Assembly (NCBI GenBank): GCA_965213625.1
Contig: CBDBZU010000004.1
Coordinates: forward strand, 3,936,001 to 4,000,000
Length of the DNA stretch: 64,000 nucleotides
Reading direction: 5' to 3'
Origin: a bacterium
GTDB taxonomy: Bacteria > UBA8248
Below, in pieces: positions 43,301 through 52,344 of this stretch. Below the pieces are notes generated by a model. It searched no databases. It was not told the origin of the DNA and saw nothing but the letters and a program-made list of their open reading frames with translations. Numbering within the stretch: the first letter of the stretch is position 1; each line of letters starts with the position of its first letter. A program made the position numbers and the translations under genes.

Positions 43301-43303
43301 AAC

Positions 43304-43747
43304 ATGCTCGATACGAAATGCACGCTCATCATCAAACGAACATTCCGGGCCCCGAGGGAAAAAGTATTCGCCGCTTGGACGCAAGCGGATGCGCTAAAGC
43401 AATGGTGGGGGACGGAGGGACACACCGTGCCCAGCGCCGAGATGGATTTTCGCGTCGGCGGGAAATACCGCATCGAGATGCGGACGGATGAGGAAGAGTC
43501 GTTTTACCTGAACGGGGCATTCGTCGAGATACGGACACCTGAGCGGCTCGTCTTCACCTTCCGGTGGGAACGGGGGGAATGGGATTACCCCGAGACCCGG
43601 GTGAGCATAAAATTCATCGATAAGGGCGACGAAACCGAAGTAACCCTCACGCACGAGGGCTTCCCGGACGAGAACATGCGCGACGAGCACCAGGGAGGCT
43701 GGGACGAGTGTCTGGGTAATCTGCGCGCGTACCTGGGAGGAGGATAG
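43304..43747 (+). CDS. SRPBCC/AHSA1-domain protein
   Basis: RTFRAPREKVFAAWT, DFRVGG.Y, PERLVFT, H..GW; typical partner of ArsR. Confidence 0.92.
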   Translation: MLDTKCTLIIKRTFRAPREKVFAAWTQADALKQWWGTEGHTVPSAEMDFRVGGKYRIEMRTDEEESFYLNGAFVEIRTPERLVFTFRWERGEWDYPETRVSIKFIDKGDETEVTLTHEGFPDENMRDEHQGGWDECLGNLRAYLGGG

Positions 43748-43839
43748 GGGGAAGCGGCGGTGAAACCGCGTATCGAAGGATGCCCTCTCGCCCCTGAGAG
43801 AGGCGTTCGACTCCCCGCGCCCTTCGATACAATCGCTCC

Positions 43840-44799
43840 TTAATAAGTCGCGCTTGACCCCGAAAGGGACTGGTAGGTCTTCATCACGCCGTAGCTGTGA
43901 AGATCCTGGAAGAAATCGAACCGCGGGTGATCCGCAGGCGGGGCGTAGGGCCTGTCGAGGTCGAGCGGGATTCGCTCCATCGCCTCGGCGAGCGTCCATC
44001 CGGCGCCGACGGCTCCGCGCACGGCTTGGGTCACGTCGCTCAGGTATTGCATGTAACCGCCCAGGAGCTCCGGCCCCGACATGGGGTTGTGGGCGGGTAT
44101 GAGGGTTTCGATCTCGAGCGTCTGCGCGAGTCGCGCGATCGAGTTCATATAGGTCGGCGCGTCGCTCTCCAGGGGAATGATGAGGTTCCCGCCCGTCATG
44201 TTGCCCGTCCAGGCGGCCTTCGCCTCGGGAACGTAGGTGATGGTGTCGCCGGGGGTGTTCGCCGGGCCGAAATAGTGCAGCTCCACCACCTTTCCCCCGA
44301 GGTCGATCCGCAGGTAGTCATCGAAGACGACGTCGGCGCGGCGCAGCTCCACCTCCTCTAATATCTTCGAGTCGTTCCCCACGCAGGGCAGCATGAAGCG
44401 CCGCTCTTCCTCGTGCCAGGGAACGAGGTCCGCCGTCCGTCGGTGCTGGATAATCACCGTCTCGGCCGGAAACGCGCAGTTCCCGAACGTGTGGTCCCCG
44501 TGGTAGTTGGAGTTGACGAGGTAGCGGATGGGCTTGTCGGTCACTTCGCGCACCCGCTCCAGAATCTGGCGCCCCATGGCCGGGTTGATGTGGGCGTCGA
44601 CCACCAGCACGTCCCTGTCGCCCACGACGAAGCCGGCGTTATCCACATTGGGTACGGAGGAAAGAAGCGCGTACACCCCCGGAGAGAGCTCCTTCGCGTC
44701 AAGCCGCACACCCGTCGGGTCGAGGAAGAAGGGGGTAAAACCTTCCGGGAAATCCGCCCACTCCAGGCATTTCCTGCCATCATTCGCAGAAGCGTCCAT
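43840..44799 (-). CDS. Metallo-beta-lactamase-fold protein with atypical metal site
   Basis: NAGFVVG..VVD, NYHGDH..GN, GPANTPGD, WTGN, IPAH; start behind AAGGAG. Confidence 0.85.
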   Translation of the reverse strand: MDASANDGRKCLEWADFPEGFTPFFLDPTGVRLDAKELSPGVYALLSSVPNVDNAGFVVGDRDVLVVDAHINPAMGRQILERVREVTDKPIRYLVNSNYHGDHTFGNCAFPAETVIIQHRRTADLVPWHEEERRFMLPCVGNDSKILEEVELRRADVVFDDYLRIDLGGKVVELHYFGPANTPGDTITYVPEAKAAWTGNMTGGNLIIPLESDAPTYMNSIARLAQTLEIETLIPAHNPMSGPELLGGYMQYLSDVTQAVRGAVGAGWTLAEAMERIPLDLDRPYAPPADHPRFDFFQDLHSYGVMKTYQSLSGSSATY

Positions 44800-45132
44800 C
44801 TCTGACTCCTTTCCGCTATCGGCCGGCATGCGCGCCTCGCCACCCTGGCCGGCCAAAAAAATCGCAAAGGCCTAATATCAGCTTTTTCCAGGCCATTTGC
44901 AATGATTTCCGCTTCCCCGGGCCGGACCTTTCCGGTTCCCGGAAGACCGGGTCCTTCCTTTCGGCTCCGAACGCATCGGTATTCTGCGCTGGCATATGGG
45001 GGGGATTGGGGGTGCGGCGGCGGGGAGAACGCCATCGACTTTCCCGACCACCGCCTCGCGCGGGTGGCTCGCAAGCCGTCCCTACGGAACCCCCGCATTG
45101 AAACGAGGCGCACTCGAAATTCATTCCCCCAT

Positions 45133-45387
45133 GAGGGGGTTGTTGAAGATGCCGCAAGAACAGTTCTCGCTACAAATTTTTTTCGACCGGGCAAAGGCAA
45201 CGTCATTCCGGCGAAAGACGGAATCCAATCTAATGCAAAATGACAATCCGCCGGCATTACAACTCCCCATCATTGGCGGGAGCCAATCAGAAAATAAAAA
45301 ACAAAGACAAAACAAATGGCTTCCGGCTTTCGCCGGAATGACGTCGGTGGTTAATTCCGAGTGATGAGGGGTATTTCAACAACTCTC
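45133..45387. mobile_element. MITE-like element carrying a CGTC-type REP pair
   Basis: Ends GGGGTTGTTGAAGATGCC / GGTATTTCAACAACTCTC; internal CGTCATTCCGGCGAAAGACGGAATCCA ... TGGCTTCCGGCTTTCGCCGGAATGACG. Confidence 0.6.
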
Positions 45388-45604
45388 AAGGGGAAGTCAT
45401 TTCTGGATTCCGGCATGCGCCGTCATTTTGTCGACCTCGAAGCAAGGCGCGGATTTCACCCCATGGCGAGCGGCGCGGCGTTTTGTTATACTCGCAAAAA
45501 CTAAAGACAATCCGCATATGAAGAGGTTCTTTCGATCCTGAGCCGGGAGATATGCCGGGGACGGAGCGGTTCCCCGCATTTCCTGCAGCATGGAGGAAAA
45601 CGTC

Positions 45605-46573
45605 ATGTCTCGTCGTTCCCTGTTTCTCCTGTTCGTCGTCGCGCTTGTCTGTCTGCCCTTACAAAGCGCGCATTCGGCGAACTACCCCAGCTACCCCGTG
45701 CAGTTCATCATCTCCTTCCCGCCGGGAGGGCCGGGAGACAGTACGATCCGCATCATCCACCCCGCGCTCCAGAAGAATTTCGGCGGGGCGATCCAACTCG
45801 TCAACAAGCCCGGCGCCGGCGGCGCCATCGCCTACAACTACGTCAAGAAGGCCAAGCCAGACGGCTACACCATTCTCTCGACCATGTCCGCGCCCCTCAC
45901 CGTGGGAACGGCGCTGCGCACGCTCTCCTTCGGGCTGGATGATTACGAGTACATCGGCGCATACGCCTTCGGCGCGACGGGCATCGTTTCCAAGCCAGAC
46001 AAGCGGTGGAAGGACCTGGACGGCCTGCTCGCCTACATCAAGAAAAACCCCGGAAAACTGAACTACGGCACGAGCGGGGCGCCAACCGCGCCGTATCTCA
46101 CCATGGCGGCGGTTCTCGCCATACGGGGCCTGAAAGCCACGCCGGTGCACTACAAGGGTTCCGGCCCCGCGCGAAACGCCGCTCTGGGTGGACACGTGGA
46201 CTTCTCGGCGGGCGGATTCGGCGCGATGCAGGCGCTGCTGCGGGCGGGCAAGCTGGTGGGACTGGCCATCACGGACAACGCGCGTGATCCAAAGTTCCCC
46301 AAAATTCCGACATTAAAGGAAAAGGGACTTGGACGGGCGAGCATCGGTCTGTGGGCCGGTCTGTGGGCGCCGAAAGGAACGCCCAAGGCCGTTCTCGCCA
46401 AGATGTCCGCAGCCCTCAAGAAGACGGCCAGTGACCCGGCCGTGGTGAAAAAACTGAACAAGGCGGGCTTCCGGGTGGAATTCGTGGACGGGGCGGGAGC
46501 GAAGAAGCTCGCCCGCCAGGACCACGAGACTTCCAAGGAGATCATGAAGGCCGTCGGCATCAAGAAAAAATAG
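45605..46573 (+). CDS. Tripartite tricarboxylate transporter substrate-binding protein (TctC/Bug)
   Basis: Signal peptide, YP, FPPGG..D..R, NKPGAGG, PDGYT, VHYKG, PKGTP. Confidence 0.93.
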   Translation: MSRRSLFLLFVVALVCLPLQSAHSANYPSYPVQFIISFPPGGPGDSTIRIIHPALQKNFGGAIQLVNKPGAGGAIAYNYVKKAKPDGYTILSTMSAPLTVGTALRTLSFGLDDYEYIGAYAFGATGIVSKPDKRWKDLDGLLAYIKKNPGKLNYGTSGAPTAPYLTMAAVLAIRGLKATPVHYKGSGPARNAALGGHVDFSAGGFGAMQALLRAGKLVGLAITDNARDPKFPKIPTLKEKGLGRASIGLWAGLWAPKGTPKAVLAKMSAALKKTASDPAVVKKLNKAGFRVEFVDGAGAKKLARQDHETSKEIMKAVGIKKK

Positions 46574-46583
46574 AGCGGACGAC

Positions 46584-47045
46584 GTGCGCAGGATTGCCCC
46601 GCCGGCGGCGCTGCTCGCCGTATCCTTGCTCATGGGCTGGTTCGCCTACCGGCTGGGTCTCGGGAGCATCTCCCGGCCCGACCCGGGATTCTTCCCGTTC
46701 TGGACATGCTTCGGGCTGGCGGCCACATCGGTCTACCTGATAACGCGACACCTCCGTCAAAACCCGGAGGATGAGGCGTCCACAGAACCTGAGGCCGTAT
46801 TCACGCTCGCCGGGTACCGGCGGGTTCTCGCCGTCATGGCGGGGACGGCGATCTTCGGGCTCCTGCTCGAAGTGTCCGGATTCCTGACCACGACTTTCAT
46901 TTTCATGGCGTTCTGCTGGCTCGTGATCGACCGGCAGTCGCTACTCCGGGGTCTCCTGATCTCGGCGGCGGCTTCGGCGGCGGCCTTCGTGCTCTTCGTC
47001 AAGTTGCTGAACGTGCACTTCCCCCGCGGCCTGCTGGGGTTCTGA
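46584..47045 (+). CDS. TctB family small membrane subunit
   Basis: PGFFP, 4 TM helices, C-terminal F..LL.V.FP.G. Confidence 0.88.
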   Translation: MRRIAPPAALLAVSLLMGWFAYRLGLGSISRPDPGFFPFWTCFGLAATSVYLITRHLRQNPEDEASTEPEAVFTLAGYRRVLAVMAGTAIFGLLLEVSGFLTTTFIFMAFCWLVIDRQSLLRGLLISAAASAAAFVLFVKLLNVHFPRGLLGF

Positions 47046-48553
47046 TGGGCGATCTTTTCGCAAACCTTTATTTCGGCTTCTCGGTGAGCCTCGCCCCGTA
47101 CAACCTCCTCGCCTGCTTCATGGGCGTTTTCGTGGGGACGGCCATCGGGGTGCTGCCGGGCTTAGGCCCGGTCGCCACCATGTCCCTCCTGCTCCCGATC
47201 ACCATCAAGATGGAGCCGACGGCCGCCATCATCATCATGGCGGGGGTGTTCTACGGGGCGATGTACGGCGGCTCCACCACTTCGATTCTGCTCAACCTGC
47301 CCGGCGAGGCGTCTTCGGTCGTGACGACACTGGACGGCTACCAGATGGCGCGGCAGGGACGAGCGGGACCCGCGCTCGCCATCTGCGCATGGGGTTCGTT
47401 CATCGCGGGAACGCTGGGGGTTCTGGGCATCACGCTCATGGCGCCCGCCCTGGCCGAGATGGCCGTGAAGATCGGCCCGCCGGAACTGGTCGCGCTCCTG
47501 TGCCTGAGCTTCCTGCTGGTCATCCAGTTCAGCGGCGGCTCGCGACCGCGCGCTGCGGCGTCCGCCCTGCTCGGGTTCCTCCTATCCACCATAGGCCTGG
47601 ACCCGGTGGAATCCACGCCGCGTTACGACTTCGGCACATTCACCCTGATGGACGGGGTGGGCTTCGCGCCCCTGGTGATCGGCCTGTTCGGCATCTCGGA
47701 GGTGCTGATCAACCTGGAGAAAGAGGAGAAGATGGAAGTGTTCAAGGGCCGCATCAAGGGGTTGTGGCCCACGCGCCAGGATTGGCGCGACTCCGCCCCG
47801 GCCATCGGGCGAGGGAGCGTCGTCGGTTTTTTCATGGGGATCCTGCCCGGCATGGGCACCATCGTGCCCCCTTTTCTCTCCTACTCTCTCGAGCGGCGCA
47901 TTTCCAAAAGACCCGAGAAATTCGGCACGGGCGTGATAGAAGGCGTGGCGGGGCCCGAGGCGGCCAACAACTCCGCCACGGCGGGCAGCATGATCCCCCT
48001 CCTTACGCTGGGCATCGCTCCGAGCGCTGCCGTGGCCGTTCTGACGGCGGCCTTTCTCACCCACGGCGTGCAGCCGGGGCCCCTCATGATCACCGAGCAC
48101 CCCGCCATCTTCTGGGGGGTGGTGACGAGCATGTACACCGGAAACGCGCTGCTTCTTCTGCTCAACCTGCCGCTGGTGGGCATGTGGGCGCGCCTGCTCA
48201 CCGTGCCCTACCGCTACCTGTGGCCCATGATTCTCCTGTTCTGCGGCATCGGCGCCTACAGCGTGAGCAACAACCCGACCGATGTCCTGCTCATGGCCGT
48301 TTTCGGGCTGCTGGGCTACATGATGCGCAAGGTGAACTATCCGGGCGCGCCGCTCGTGCTCGCGTTCGTCCTGGGAAGGCTTTTTGAGGAAAAGGTTCGC
48401 CAGTCGCTCGTCATATCGCGCGGGAGCTATGAAACCTTCATAGAGCACCCCCTCGCCCTGCTCGCGTGGATCGCCTCGGCGATCCTTTTGCTCTACCCCT
48501 TCTTTATGCGCGGCAGGAGCGCCCCGCACTTCCCGCCGGAGGAGGAAGAATGA
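47045..48553 (+). CDS. TctA family large membrane subunit
   Basis: GVLPGLG, YGAMYGGS, LDGY.MA.QG, PEAANN, PLLTLGI. Confidence 0.95.
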   Translation: MGDLFANLYFGFSVSLAPYNLLACFMGVFVGTAIGVLPGLGPVATMSLLLPITIKMEPTAAIIIMAGVFYGAMYGGSTTSILLNLPGEASSVVTTLDGYQMARQGRAGPALAICAWGSFIAGTLGVLGITLMAPALAEMAVKIGPPELVALLCLSFLLVIQFSGGSRPRAAASALLGFLLSTIGLDPVESTPRYDFGTFTLMDGVGFAPLVIGLFGISEVLINLEKEEKMEVFKGRIKGLWPTRQDWRDSAPAIGRGSVVGFFMGILPGMGTIVPPFLSYSLERRISKRPEKFGTGVIEGVAGPEAANNSATAGSMIPLLTLGIAPSAAVAVLTAAFLTHGVQPGPLMITEHPAIFWGVVTSMYTGNALLLLLNLPLVGMWARLLTVPYRYLWPMILLFCGIGAYSVSNNPTDVLLMAVFGLLGYMMRKVNYPGAPLVLAFVLGRLFEEKVRQSLVISRGSYETFIEHPLALLAWIASAILLLYPFFMRGRSAPHFPPEEEE

Positions 48554-49386
48554 AGATCACCCTGCTCGGCACGGGCGGCCCCCGGCCGGACCCGGCGCGC
48601 CTGGGGTCTTCCCTCGTGGTCCATGTCGGTGAGGAGCGGCTGCTCTTCGACTGCGGCCGCGGGGCGGTGACCCAACTCGTACGCGCAGGCGTGCCTCTCG
48701 CGCAAGTGAATCCCGTATTCATCACCCATCACCATTACGACCACATCAGCGACCTGGGCGACGTGATCCTGAGCACCTGGCTCCAGGGCCGTCCGGGTGA
48801 GTTGCGCGTATATGGGCCGGCGGGAACGGCGGACATCGTCACAGCCCTGATCGAGCGGGTCTACGCGAAGGACATCCGTTTCCGGGCGGAGGGAGAACCC
48901 GCCGTGGGGGGATGGAAGCCGGTGGAGGTGCGCGAGACAGGCGCGGGCCTGGTGCATGAGGGCGGCGGCTGGAAGGTGTACGCGGAGTTCGTCGAGCACG
49001 GCCAGGGTCTGGGAATCCCCGATTTCGACTGGACGACGCTGGGCTATCGCCTGGAAGCGGAGGGCAAAATCGTCGCCATCAGCGGGGATACGATTCCCTG
49101 CGAGGGGCTTTCGCGTCTGGCGCGGGGGGCGGACGTACTCGTGCTGTGCTGTTATCTGGCCCAGGCTGAGGTGACCGACCCACACACCGAACGCCTGACC
49201 CGGCACCTGTTCCCCTCATCGGCGCAGGCGGGGAAGATAGCCGCGAGCGCGGGTGTCAAGAAACTCGTCCTCACCCACTTCCGCGAGAAGCCCGAGCGCC
49301 TCATGCGCGCTATCGAAGAAGACGTGCGGCGGGACTTTGCCGGGGAAATCATCCTGGGGCGCGACCTGCTGGAGATTGAGGTGTGA
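48550..49386 (+). CDS. MBL-fold hydrolase, RNase Z/arylsulfatase-like
   Basis: LLGTGGP, FDCG, THHHYDH, SGDT, LVLTH; ATGA overlap with tctA. Confidence 0.9.
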   Translation: MKITLLGTGGPRPDPARLGSSLVVHVGEERLLFDCGRGAVTQLVRAGVPLAQVNPVFITHHHYDHISDLGDVILSTWLQGRPGELRVYGPAGTADIVTALIERVYAKDIRFRAEGEPAVGGWKPVEVRETGAGLVHEGGGWKVYAEFVEHGQGLGIPDFDWTTLGYRLEAEGKIVAISGDTIPCEGLSRLARGADVLVLCCYLAQAEVTDPHTERLTRHLFPSSAQAGKIAASAGVKKLVLTHFREKPERLMRAIEEDVRRDFAGEIILGRDLLEIEV

Positions 49387-49848
49387 GGGGGCGTTGGTGG
49401 TGAGTAGGTTTGGGGGCGTGGCAGCATATTACGAGTGGAGGCGGGGGCCAGCTCTACGGTGAACGTTGAAGTTGATCATCATCCCGGAATGCCTTGGTCC
49501 AAAATTCATTTCGGGCTGTTCGCGAACAACCCCTGAAATCAATTCTCCCGGTCATGACGCGAACTCTCGCTCCTTACTCGTCAAATGCTCGCTCCTCACT
49601 CGCGTCTGACCACGCAGAGAGGTGTTCGCAAGGATTCAGGAATGACGAATGATATGTAAATAATCCAATTTTCCGTAAAATTCGATAAATATAGATAAAT
49701 TCACGGGGTTTTTCGGCAAATAAATATAAATTGTTTTCAGGGGAAATGCCGCAGCCGGGTTGCGGCGCAGGGGAATTCTGCCATGGACCGCGACTCGCGG
49801 GATGACGGCAAATGCGGGGAAATGCGTGTTTGAAATGCGCGGAAAGCG

Positions 49849-50469
49849 CTAGTCGTGCTTCTCCCAGAAGAGCCAGAGGCCGTGTTCGGCGGCGATGCGG
49901 AAACTGCCAAGTCCAGCATTATCAGCGATCTGGCGCACATCGGCGCGAGAGAGGCGTTTCTTGCCCAGGCGGTTGTTCAACTCGCGCGCTTCGGGCAGGA
50001 GCGATTCGATGAGCTCATTCGACGCCCCCGCCCCGAAACCGCCGCCGTGCGCGCCCATTCCGCCGGGCTTCAGGACGCGGTTCATCTCGGCGACGATGCG
50101 CTCCTGCCCGTCCCAGAAGAAAAGCCCGCCCCGGAAAATGACGAGATCAAAAGAGGCCGCCTCGAACGGAAGGGCATATTTATCAAAGGGTTCCACACGA
50201 ACGCGCGCGGACATGCCCGCCGCCGCAATCGTCTCGGCGAGGTAGTCGTTGAGAACTCGCGTGTCATCCCCGCACGTGAAGCGCATTCCGGGACAGCGCT
50301 CCGCCAGGGCGAGCGCCACGCCGGGGCCGTAGGGGCCGATTTCCAGGACGTCGCCCGCATCACGCCCGTATTCAGCGTGAACCTCCGCCGCCGCGAAGGG
50401 ATAAAACGGCTGAAAACAATCGTTTACGGCGCGAATCAGCTCAAAATCCATGTCGGGGAATTCCCTCAT
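49849..50469 (-). CDS. Class I SAM-dependent methyltransferase
   Basis: LEIGPYG, LPF...SFDL..RG..FFW, RVLKPGG...GGGFG. Confidence 0.85.
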   Translation of the reverse strand: MREFPDMDFELIRAVNDCFQPFYPFAAAEVHAEYGRDAGDVLEIGPYGPGVALALAERCPGMRFTCGDDTRVLNDYLAETIAAAGMSARVRVEPFDKYALPFEAASFDLVIFRGGLFFWDGQERIVAEMNRVLKPGGMGAHGGGFGAGASNELIESLLPEARELNNRLGKKRLSRADVRQIADNAGLGSFRIAAEHGLWLFWEKHD

Positions 50470-50647
50470 CGATTGGAAGCGCCGCTCCCGAGGGTGACGG
50501 CTGGATACGAGATATCGAGGGGATGATATACCAACCCCGATGCGTTATTGAAACCCGTAGCCAGGGATATAAACCCGTATTTTCAAAACCGGCTCCCTGC
50601 GATATCCTGCGGCTCCATGAAGAAAAACCGACAAGACAGGAGACCAC

Positions 50648-51688
50648 ATGGAAGCGGTGAGCGAAGCGGCGGACGTATATGAAGCGATTGAGATGTATCA
50701 CGGGAAAGGCTGGACGGATGGTTTACCCGTAGTTCCCCCGACGCCCGAACTCCTAGAGCGCTTCCTGGAGGCCGCCGGACTGGACGCCGATGACGTCGTC
50801 TTTCATCTGGCAGAGCGAAAAAGAACCGTCCGGGCCGGAAAAGTGGCGTTAAACGCCATCATGGCGGGCTGTCAGCCCTCCTACATGCCCGTCATCATCG
50901 CCGCGCTCGAAGCCATGGCCGATCCGGCATACAACATTCACTCCAGCGCCACGAGCACGGGCGGGGCGGCCCCCTTCATGGTCGTGAACGGCCCGATTCG
51001 CCACGAGATAGGCCTCAACATGCAGGGAAACATCTACGGGCCGGGCAACCGCGCGAACGCGACGATTGGCCGCGCGCTCAGGCTCGGCATCATCAACTGC
51101 CTGGGCTCGAAGCCGGGCCTTCTGGATCGCTCCACCCAGGGAAATCCGGGCAAATACAGCTTCACATTCGCCGAGTGGGAGGAAACGAGCCCGTGGGAAC
51201 CTTTGAACGTCGAACTCGGATATGAGGCCGATACGAGCACGGTGACCCTACTCGCCGCCGAGGGTCCGCACAACATCCAGAACCACTACGGGAAAGGAGG
51301 CGGAATCGCGGAAACCGCCGCCGCCACCATGGCGGGTCTGGGCAGCATGAGCGAAGGGCAATCTTTTTTCGTATTCGCGCCCGAGCACGCGCATCTTCTG
51401 GCGGAAGAATTTCCCACGAAAAAGGAACTCAAGGAATATCTCTTTGAAAACGCAACGCTTCCCCTGAGTCAGCTTTTGCGCTCCGGCAAGCTCGACAAGC
51501 CCATCGACGCCGATGAAAACGGCAACGTGCGCCACGCACTCACACCCGACGATATTTACATCGTAGTCGCGGGAGGTGAGGCCGGGGGGCACTCCTCATG
51601 GGTACCCGCGTGGAGCAGGAGGCGAAACGGCGAGGCCGTCACCCGCCCGGTGCTGAGCGCGTCCGAGCGGCGGAAATCACGTGGTTGA
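50648..51688 (+). CDS. Uncharacterised conserved protein, partner of UGSC proteins
   Basis: AGGAG RBS; GWTDGLPVVPPT, AIMAGC, VVNGP, PGNRANATIGRA, E.EE.SPW. Confidence 0.85.
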   Translation: MEAVSEAADVYEAIEMYHGKGWTDGLPVVPPTPELLERFLEAAGLDADDVVFHLAERKRTVRAGKVALNAIMAGCQPSYMPVIIAALEAMADPAYNIHSSATSTGGAAPFMVVNGPIRHEIGLNMQGNIYGPGNRANATIGRALRLGIINCLGSKPGLLDRSTQGNPGKYSFTFAEWEETSPWEPLNVELGYEADTSTVTLLAAEGPHNIQNHYGKGGGIAETAAATMAGLGSMSEGQSFFVFAPEHAHLLAEEFPTKKELKEYLFENATLPLSQLLRSGKLDKPIDADENGNVRHALTPDDIYIVVAGGEAGGHSSWVPAWSRRRNGEAVTRPVLSASERRKSRG

Positions 51689-51778
51689 AGAAAAAAGCGT
51701 TAGCAGAGAAGATTGGTTGATGGATAACGAAACGAAATATCTTCTGCGCAGTGATATTTACACAGGAGGAGGTTTTCA

Positions 51779-52324
51779 ATGAACCCCGTAGTAGATACCG
51801 CGATACCGATTTACGACCCGACCGTAGAGCCGGAGATTGAAACTGAGGAGCGCACCAACCGCGACGGTGCCCTCACGGGCAAGCGCATCGGATTGCTCTG
51901 GAACTCCAAAGTGGGCGCGGACAAGCTCATGCGCTACATACTGGATGAATTGCGGGCGGACGGCGCGGACCCCGACCTCTCCGTCGAGCTATCGAAAGAA
52001 TATGATACCAGACCTGCCAAGCCTGAGGTGTACGCGGAGATGGCCCAGAGATGCGACCTCGCCATCACTGCAGTAGGTGACTGAGGCTCCTGCTCTTCGT
52101 GCAGTGTGCACGACGGAATCGAACTCGAGAAAAAAGGCGTCCCCACGGCCGTCATCTGCACCGAACCCTTTCGTCCCACGGTTGAAATGGTCTCCAAGGT
52201 GCGAGGTATGCCGGACTATCCGGTGGCCTATATCCCCCATCCGGTGGGCAGCCTCACAGATGAGCAACTACGCGGGCGGGCGGAGGAGATTGCTCCCACG
52301 ATCAGGACGCTTCTAACGGGTTGA
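51779..52324 (+). CDS. UGSC-motif selenoprotein (UGA = Sec at codon 102)
   Basis: AGGAGG RBS; in-frame TGA 52082-52084 reads AVGD-U-GSCSSCSVHDG and continues to TGA 52324; 7-bp hairpin follows. Confidence 0.9.
52097..52113 (+). promoter_or_regulatory. Putative bacterial SECIS element
   Basis: UCGUGCA-GUG-UGCACGA perfect stem; loop G 20 nt after the UGA. Confidence 0.75.
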
Positions 52325-52344
52325 GCCGTAAGCAAGACGACGCG

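Noticed and set aside
49387-49848. 460-nt spacer with an AT-rich patch as a possible ncRNA or island boundary
   Set aside because: Only degenerate CGTC-type and MITE-end remnants between convergent genes; no promoter-terminator pair or att-like repeat found
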